Virus record (IMG/VR): IMGVR_UViG_2671180637_000025
Span: 1 to 40,163 of that record
Source: a virus
Taxonomy: Duplodnaviria > Heunggongvirae > Uroviricota > Caudoviricetes
DNA: 40,163 bases
Direction: 5' to 3' (one strand)
Shown: in pieces, positions 34,576 through 40,163 of the stretch
Layout: each line of letters opens with the position of its first letter
How positions within the stretch are numbered: position 1 is the stretch's first letter
Program-made: the position numbers and the translations under genes
The notes under the pieces: generated by a model
Seen by the model: the letters and a program-made list of their open reading frames with translations, nothing else
Told to the model about the DNA's origin: nothing
Databases searched by the model: none

Positions 34576-36978
34576 ATGACAGTCTCAACCGAAATCAGCC
34601 ACAATGAGTATCTCGGGAATGGAGTCACGACATCATTCCCATATACTTTCAGAATTTTTAAAGACACAGATCTTGATGTAAGCACAATAACCGCTGACGG
34701 TCTTGTTTCTCCAATGATCCTGGGGACAGATTACATGGTTACAGGTGCTGGCTTATCTTCCGGTGGAAGCGTTATTACGTCATCTCCTGTTTTGCCAGGC
34801 ATTACAATATCAATCACTCGTAACCTTCCAGCAGTGCAGGAAACTGATTTAAGAAATCAGGGGAAATTTTTTGCAGAGGTCCATGAGGATGCATTCGACT
34901 ACCTGACCATGCTTATTCAGCATGCGATGTTCAACATCGGTGCTCTTCAGAGAAATACGCTTAGGGTTCCTGAAAACAGTGTAAACCTGGTGCCAAAGGT
35001 ATCAAGTCGCCGGAATATGATTTTTGGCTGGGATGACAGTGGGCAGCCTATAGCCATTCTCCCTCCGAGTGCTTCTGCCAGTGAAGTGCTGATTCTTCTT
35101 GCTCAGCCTGACGGATGGAAAAAGATCGGTGGCGTGGATAAATTTGAGCCGATACCAATCACCGTTATGCCATCTTACAATCAATCAAACGTTGTTGCAG
35201 CATGGGTGGAGAGTGTAAATCTCTATGGCTATGTTTATTTCCCTTGCCACTCTGCAACAAAGAAAACTTATACAATACCAGGAACGGCCTCACAGGCAGG
35301 AAATCTGCAAAACTCCCGTGTAATCGTTGATAAAAACGTCATTCTTAAATTCGACAGCGATCTTTACTCGCTTTATAAGTCGCTGAAGTTTGAAGGTGAA
35401 TGCACTTTTGAGTTTTCCCATCTTAATTTCACAACAACCGGTGGAGAGGTGGATTACCTGGCTAAGCAGGCTATCCTCAACCGAAACCCTATTCGCATGA
35501 AGCGAGTGGAATGGTCAGATTGTAAAGTTTATTCCATAAATGGTGACACGTTCTTCTATGAAGGTGAAGTCACCATATCCTCAGATAGCGCAGCTATCTT
35601 CCCCTTAACTACTGACCGTACAACAGGCCTGTTCGCACCAATAGATATTGGAGAGCATATTTCTGCACATATTCGTATGGAGTCTCAGGCCGCCTCAGAA
35701 GTTGGGATTGTTCTGCGATGCTCTGGTGGTTGGATGATGTTCTATGGGGCACCAGGTGCTACACAGTGGTCTTATAGACAGAAACCAATTGGTGGTCCAG
35801 TAGCAGAAGGAACTCCATTCCCGCTGCCAGGAGGTTTACTGTCGTACGCCCCGGGCAAAGCAACCGTTGGCGTATCACTGCAAGGTAAAAACTGGGCGCA
35901 GATAACGATGAATGGCGTTGGGATACGTTTGCCCTTTGATACTGCTGATGTAGGGGATGTATACGAAGTTGGGTTTGTTGCACTGACCACGGCATCTGGA
36001 GGTTCTGCGCGTGTAACTGGATTATGCAGCTACACCTCTGATAATGGCGTGCACGGTAAGCCTCCACTTAATATCCTTATCCACGGTGATAGTACAGCTG
36101 AGGATTTCATTTCCGCGTTCAGCTCGTACATTCCGCAATTAATGGATGGAGCGAACGGCCACCGTTCATATAGCATTGTAAACAAGGCGGTTGCCGGACA
36201 GACAATGAGGCAACAGTTAGATCTCCTGAAGGCTCAGGGGCCGGGTGATGCTTACATCGTTATTATGGTTGCCGGAACTAACGAAGGGCAGGCAAACCAA
36301 AACGGCGATTATATGGCGGCACTGATAGATGAGTTTGTCTTATATTGCAATGGCCTTGGTCGTATCCCTGTTTGGGTTGAGCCGTGGATGTGGTATAGCC
36401 AATCATTTATTGGAGGGGCTGGCCAGCCATCTTCTAACTACGACGGTGTCGCAGAGTTGCGAGAAGCTGGTAAACGCCAGATGATGAAATATGGCAATAA
36501 CGTCATTTGTGTAACAACAACTCACCAGCTCCCGGCCCCATATCCAGAGTATTTCAACACGCAATACGACCCACTTCTGCGTGATGACATTCACCAAAGC
36601 CAGTTAGGGTATCGTCTGTATGCGGAAATTATCTGCTCTGCCATTATCGACTGGTGGTCGCGTGTTGATTACACGCCAAGAGCAGCTGTTCAATGGTGGG
36701 CTGGAACAAACGTAACAGTACAGGAACCGTCAAGTTTAACTGCCAATTCAATTAATATTAAACTGGCAGCCACTTCATTTGCGAATGGCAATACTGTTCT
36801 AACGCTTCCGAGGTGGTGCAGACCAAAAGTAACCAAAAATGTCCCTGTACTGTTCACTGCTGATGGCGTTTCATTTGGCATGGCAATGGCCACCATTAAC
36901 GCTTCAACAGGACAAATATCGATTGATGGGTCCACAACTACATCTCCAACGTTCTACATAGATGCGACATGGGCGTGA
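34576..36978 (+). CDS. Tailspike/tail fibre with T7 gp17-like N-terminal anchor and C-terminal SGNH/GDSL esterase domain
   Basis: 800 aa; N-terminus EYLGNGVTTSFPYTFRIF; SGNH blocks ILIHGDSTAE, MVAGTNEG, RDDIHQS. Confidence 0.8.
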   Translation: MTVSTEISHNEYLGNGVTTSFPYTFRIFKDTDLDVSTITADGLVSPMILGTDYMVTGAGLSSGGSVITSSPVLPGITISITRNLPAVQETDLRNQGKFFAEVHEDAFDYLTMLIQHAMFNIGALQRNTLRVPENSVNLVPKVSSRRNMIFGWDDSGQPIAILPPSASASEVLILLAQPDGWKKIGGVDKFEPIPITVMPSYNQSNVVAAWVESVNLYGYVYFPCHSATKKTYTIPGTASQAGNLQNSRVIVDKNVILKFDSDLYSLYKSLKFEGECTFEFSHLNFTTTGGEVDYLAKQAILNRNPIRMKRVEWSDCKVYSINGDTFFYEGEVTISSDSAAIFPLTTDRTTGLFAPIDIGEHISAHIRMESQAASEVGIVLRCSGGWMMFYGAPGATQWSYRQKPIGGPVAEGTPFPLPGGLLSYAPGKATVGVSLQGKNWAQITMNGVGIRLPFDTADVGDVYEVGFVALTTASGGSARVTGLCSYTSDNGVHGKPPLNILIHGDSTAEDFISAFSSYIPQLMDGANGHRSYSIVNKAVAGQTMRQQLDLLKAQGPGDAYIVIMVAGTNEGQANQNGDYMAALIDEFVLYCNGLGRIPVWVEPWMWYSQSFIGGAGQPSSNYDGVAELREAGKRQMMKYGNNVICVTTTHQLPAPYPEYFNTQYDPLLRDDIHQSQLGYRLYAEIICSAIIDWWSRVDYTPRAAVQWWAGTNVTVQEPSSLTANSINIKLAATSFANGNTVLTLPRWCRPKVTKNVPVLFTADGVSFGMAMATINASTGQISIDGSTTTSPTFYIDATWA

Positions 36979-37092
36979 TCGTTAAAAATATGCCATAGAT
37001 ATAATTAATCACAGCCAACCATATATGGTTAAAATGTGTATGATAAACTCTCCAACTAAGGAGGTTATTATGCACAATAGATGGTGGTCACT

Positions 37093-37497
37093 ATGGCAAC
37101 CACGCTGACAACGGAGTCACTTAATCAGGGGCTTAGCCTTGGTGCGCTGGCTTCCGTTGTTGCCGGGGTTCCTCCAGAAGTAGCGTTAGGTGCTCTTGCT
37201 GGCGCGGTAATTTTTGTTACCTCGGCAGTTGAGTACCCAATAAAAAGGCGGCTGCTCCTGGCTATTCTCAGCTTCCTCTGCGGAGTTCTCTTCTACAAAG
37301 CGACAGCATCAATTCTCATCGGTGTTGCCAGCCTTATACCAACGATCACGCAGGATTCTTTTGAGAAGGGCATTGTGTTTTCTGCCGGTGCTTTCGTATC
37401 AGCAATCGTTGCTGTCCGCATTGGTATCTGGCTGTATCACAGCTCTGAAAATCCGCGCGACCTTATCCCGGGGAGAAAAGACGATGGCCAGTCCTGA
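37093..37497 (+). CDS. Holin-like membrane protein (possible dual-start holin/antiholin)
   Basis: About three TM segments; in-frame Met codons at 37081 and 37093 (MVVTM...); first gene of the lysis cassette. Confidence 0.5.
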   Translation: MATTLTTESLNQGLSLGALASVVAGVPPEVALGALAGAVIFVTSAVEYPIKRRLLLAILSFLCGVLFYKATASILIGVASLIPTITQDSFEKGIVFSAGAFVSAIVAVRIGIWLYHSSENPRDLIPGRKDDGQS

Positions 37498-37777
37498 GCT
37501 ACTTCTCATCCTGAACGCCGCAATCTGCGGCGGAATTGCAATCAGAGTCCTGCTGTTCCGTCGTGACGGGGCACGCCATCGCTGGTGGGGCGGGTGGCTG
37601 GCTTACCTTCTTATTGTCTCTGCTGCCAGCGTGCCTATTCGTACTTTTTACGGGCATTACATATGCGCAGATTGGTCAGAAATCATCATCAAAGCCGTGT
37701 TCCTGGCAGCCCTTATCAAGACAAAAGGGAACGTGGTGCAAATTTTCAAGATAACGAGGTCTCAGCATGGACATTAA
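37484..37777 (+). CDS. Second holin-like small membrane protein
   Basis: ATG 37484 behind GGGAG; 97 aa; two hydrophobic segments; overlaps both neighbours. Confidence 0.5.
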   Translation: MASPELLLILNAAICGGIAIRVLLFRRDGARHRWWGGWLAYLLIVSAASVPIRTFYGHYICADWSEIIIKAVFLAALIKTKGNVVQIFKITRSQHGH

Positions 37778-38396
37778 ACAATTCCAGCGAGCTGCTGGTA
37801 TTAGCGAGGCGCTGGCCGCTCGCTGGTTCTCGCATATAACTTCTGCAATGAAAGAGTTTGGCATCAGCAAAGCAGAAGATCAGGCAATGTTTATTGCTCA
37901 AGTCGGGCATGAGTCTGGTGGCTTCACCAGGTTGCAGGAGAATTTCAACTACAGCGTCACAGGACTGGCTAACTTTGTTCGGGCAGGACGTCTCACTCAG
38001 GGACAGGCCAACGCACTGGGTCGCCGTGCTGGTGAACCACCATTGCCACTCGAGCGCCAGCGCGCGATCGCAAATCTGGTGTACAGCAAACGCATGGGTA
38101 ACAATGCCCCAGGCGATGGATGGAATTACCGTGGGCGCGGACTTATCCAGATTACCGGTTTGAATAACTATCGTGACTGCGGAAACGGCCTGAAAGTGGA
38201 CCTGCTGGAGAATCCTGAACTGCTGGCGCAGGACGAATATGCGGCTCGTAGCGCGGCGTGGTTTTTCTCCAGCAAAGGCTGCATGAAGTATTCCGGAGAT
38301 ATTGTACGTGTAACTCTGATTATCAATGGTGGCAGGAACGGCATCGACGACCGGCGGGCGCGTTACATCACTGCCAGTAAGGTGCTGGCGGTATGA
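37767..38396 (+). CDS. Endolysin, glycoside hydrolase family 19 (chitinase-like) type
   Basis: 209 aa; [12 protein letters not shown] and [12 protein letters not shown] motifs; between holins and spanins. Confidence 0.8.
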   Translation: MDIKQFQRAAGISEALAARWFSHITSAMKEFGISKAEDQAMFIAQVGHESGGFTRLQENFNYSVTGLANFVRAGRLTQGQANALGRRAGEPPLPLERQRAIANLVYSKRMGNNAPGDGWNYRGRGLIQITGLNNYRDCGNGLKVDLLENPELLAQDEYAARSAAWFFSSKGCMKYSGDIVRVTLIINGGRNGIDDRRARYITASKVLAV

Positions 38397-38875
38397 TCTG
38401 GGCATTCGTAAAAGCATACTGGAAACAGTTGGTTATCATGGCGATCCTTGCTGTTCTGGTCATGTCAGGAGTTGTAGCCTGGAATGCACACGGCAGTCGT
38501 CAGTACGACGCCGGGTATGCGCAGGCGAAAGAAGACCGCAAAGCCGAAGAAGAAAAGGCTCGTCAGCACTACGAACAGGAGAAAGCGACCAATGAACGTG
38601 AAGCGCAGCAGAGGATCGATCAGGCGCGCAGCGATGCTCTTGATGCTGCCGCTCGCGCTGGCAGGTTGCAGCAACAGCTCGTTGCCATCCGTGAGCAGCT
38701 CAGGCAGTATAACGCCATTGTCGGCGCTGGGGCGTCAGCCGCAGATACCGGAGTTTTGCTTGCCGACGTGTTCAGCAAATCTCTCGAGAGAAATAGACAA
38801 CTGGCAGAGTATGCTGACCGGGCAGCCGAAGCCGGAAGAGTCTGCGAAAAACAGTACGACACCCTGACCAGATAG
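38393..38875 (+). CDS. Inner-membrane spanin, Rz-like
   Basis: 160 aa; N-terminal TM helix then coiled-coil-like charged region; ATGA overlap with endolysin. Confidence 0.65.
   Translation: MIWAFVKAYWKQLVIMAILAVLVMSGVVAWNAHGSRQYDAGYAQAKEDRKAEEEKARQHYEQEKATNEREAQQRIDQARSDALDAAARAGRLQQQLVAIREQLRQYNAIVGAGASAADTGVLLADVFSKSLERNRQLAEYADRAAEAGRVCEKQYDTLTR
38592..38867 (+). CDS. Outer-membrane lipoprotein spanin, Rz1-like, embedded in the +1 frame of the Rz-like gene
   Basis: Signal [26 protein letters not shown] with lipobox LAGC; Pro/Ser-rich mature part; wholly inside 38393..38875. Confidence 0.5.
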   Translation: MNVKRSRGSIRRAAMLLMLPLALAGCSNSSLPSVSSSGSITPLSALGRQPQIPEFCLPTCSANLSREIDNWQSMLTGQPKPEESAKNSTTP

Positions 38876-39022
38876 CATGGCATTTTTCATGGTACTGATT
38901 TTTGTTGACGGTATATAAAACGGTATGGTGAAAATCAAGTTGCAGAAAGTTGTTATCAGTCAATTGGTTATGTATGTCGTAAATAATTGAGTGGGAATGA
39001 TTTGACCCTGCACTATGAATGA

Positions 39023-39054
39023 ACAAAACCCTCTGTTACTACAGAGGGTTTTTT
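39023..39054. terminator. Bidirectional intrinsic terminator after the lysis cassette
   Basis: A-run, stem CCCTCTGT / ACAGAGGG with loop TACT, then TTTTTT. Confidence 0.7.
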
Positions 39055-39092
39055 ATCTTCAAGAATTATAGGATTGAAGTTACTAACATCGA

Positions 39093-39632
39093 TTAATTAA
39101 ACCAGCTGTCCGATTTGTTCTCTTCTGCTTTGCCCACGCTTTTCATCAGATCGCGACCGCCTTCAGTCATATTTCTGTTGGCGTCAGCTTCAGATTGCAC
39201 CACATCGGTTTGCGCAGCTTTGTGCTTCAGTTCCTGATCGATAAATTCGTTTTCTCGCTTAACGCGGGCTTCTTCTTTCGCCAGCGCCAGTTTTTGTTTC
39301 TGAATCTCTAAGCTGCGTAGCTCATCTTCATAACTTTGATCGCGTTTTTTGTCCGCAGAGGCTTCGGCGTCCAGTTTATCCTGACGAGCTTTCTTATTTG
39401 CCGCTGCCGTTGCCGCTCTTTTGTTAGCGGCGGCCTGGGCATTTGCGCGACGTTGCTTCTCTTGCTGGATTTCCCTGTTGCGCTCCGCGACCCATTCGTC
39501 ATGCTGCCTTTGCTCTTCATTTTTACCTTGCTGTTCCGCTTCTGCGACAGCAGAGAGTTGATCCTGCAATGATGAGGCGATAGCCGGATAGCTTAAGGAG
39601 GCTAAGATGGCGCAAAGAAAAACTTTCTTCAT
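39093..39632 (-). CDS. Secreted/periplasmic coiled-coil protein (179 aa); host flank or phage cargo
   Basis: Signal peptide MKKVFLCAILASLSYPAIA without lipobox; Lys/Glu/Gln/Ala-rich. Confidence 0.5.
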   Translation of the reverse strand: MKKVFLCAILASLSYPAIASSLQDQLSAVAEAEQQGKNEEQRQHDEWVAERNREIQQEKQRRANAQAAANKRAATAAANKKARQDKLDAEASADKKRDQSYEDELRSLEIQKQKLALAKEEARVKRENEFIDQELKHKAAQTDVVQSEADANRNMTEGGRDLMKSVGKAEENKSDSWFN

Positions 39633-39647
39633 GACTCCTCCTGATTA

Positions 39648-40163
39648 TTAGCTCTTTTCAGGACATTTGGTATTTGGCTGAATACGCGTTTCGTTATACG
39701 TCGTGGTAATAACAACGGCTAAACCTGTCGTAAACTGGCACTCTTTACCCACCTGGGTAGAGGTATACACTTTGGTGCCTTCCTTATAGGTTAAAGAAAC
39801 ACCTTCCACTAAGGTTTTATCATTCACCATAGAACCCGCTGCCGCGCCTACAGCTCCGCCGCCAACTGCACCTGCCGTCGTTCCGGAATTGCTGCCAGAC
39901 CCGACGTTGTGGCCGATAACACCGCCAGCGACTGCGCCAATAAGCGCGCCGAAGGCTTGTGCGTTCCGTTTATTTTGGGAGTTGTCTACGGCAACTTTTG
40001 CGGGAAGAATGGAAATAATATTAACGGTTTTAGTTTCTTGTTTGGTATTCAGTTGATCGGTTTGATAAACATCGGCAGCATGATCGTCAGCATTTGACTG
40101 GCATCCTGCCAGAGTGAATGACGCTAACATTGCCACAGGCAGAAGACATTTTTTAAATTTCAT
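39648..40163 (-). CDS. Lipoprotein with glycine-zipper-like segment (171 aa); host flank or phage cargo
   Basis: ATG at the last base of the window; lipobox LAGC; Gly/Ala-rich GALIGAVAGGVIGHNVG...GAVGGGAVGAAAG. Confidence 0.5.
   Translation of the reverse strand: MKFKKCLLPVAMLASFTLAGCQSNADDHAADVYQTDQLNTKQETKTVNIISILPAKVAVDNSQNKRNAQAFGALIGAVAGGVIGHNVGSGSNSGTTAGAVGGGAVGAAAGSMVNDKTLVEGVSLTYKEGTKVYTSTQVGKECQFTTGLAVVITTTYNETRIQPNTKCPEKS

Larger units (their letters stand above)
1..39054. mobile_element. Prophage: P4-family integrase, lambdoid immunity/replication region, T7-like virion module, lysis cassette. Left attachment site lies outside the window; right end provisionally just after the lysis cassette
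   Basis: Contiguous phage gene content and order from integrase to spanins; bidirectional terminator at 39023..39054 followed by non-phage-looking exported proteins. No attachment-site repeat could be identified inside the window. Confidence 0.85.

Noticed and set aside
1-40163. CRISPR array, rRNA, transposase or insertion sequence
   Set aside because: No spacer-repeat periodicity, no rRNA-like sequence and no transposase-like ORF seen on either strand

Overview
Almost the whole window is one integrated temperate phage, read here by eye from the sequence and ORF track with no database search. From left to right: a P4-family tyrosine integrase (1..1251); a leftward early operon (MT-A70-type adenine methyltransferase, AlpA-type excisionase, RecT plus YqaJ-type exonuclease); a lambdoid immunity region (two-HTH repressor 5332..5916 flanked by OL- and OR-like TTACC-N5-GGTAA operators, divergent Cro-like gene, tR1-like terminator); lambda O/P-like replication genes with iterons inside the O-like gene; a nin-like accessory block (VRR-NUC-type nuclease, Ead/Ea22-like protein, a candidate TGT/DpdA-like protein); small and large terminase; an internal argU-like tRNA-Arg(UCU) on the opposite strand; a T7-like virion module (gp6.7-like, portal, scaffold, capsid, tubular proteins A/B, gp13/14/15/16-like internal proteins); an AT-rich accessory island at 31.5-34.5 kb; a tailspike with an SGNH esterase domain; and a lysis cassette (two holin-like genes, GH19-type endolysin, embedded Rz/Rz1 spanins). 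The last ~1.1 kb encodes two exported proteins that are host flank or phage cargo. The most interesting signals are: (1) a near-consensus LexA box in front of a small antirepressor-domain gene beside a Bro-N antirepressor, combined with a repressor lacking any autocleavage domain; (2) the same TTACC-N5-GGTAA operator repeated at about a dozen promoter-proximal positions across the prophage; (3) a 14-bp motif TGTGACATGTCACG present three times at module junctions; (4) an operator-fronted, tightly coupled two-gene operon of unknown function in the AT-rich island. No CRISPR array or rRNA was seen. All homology statements are from recalled family signatures and need confirmation.
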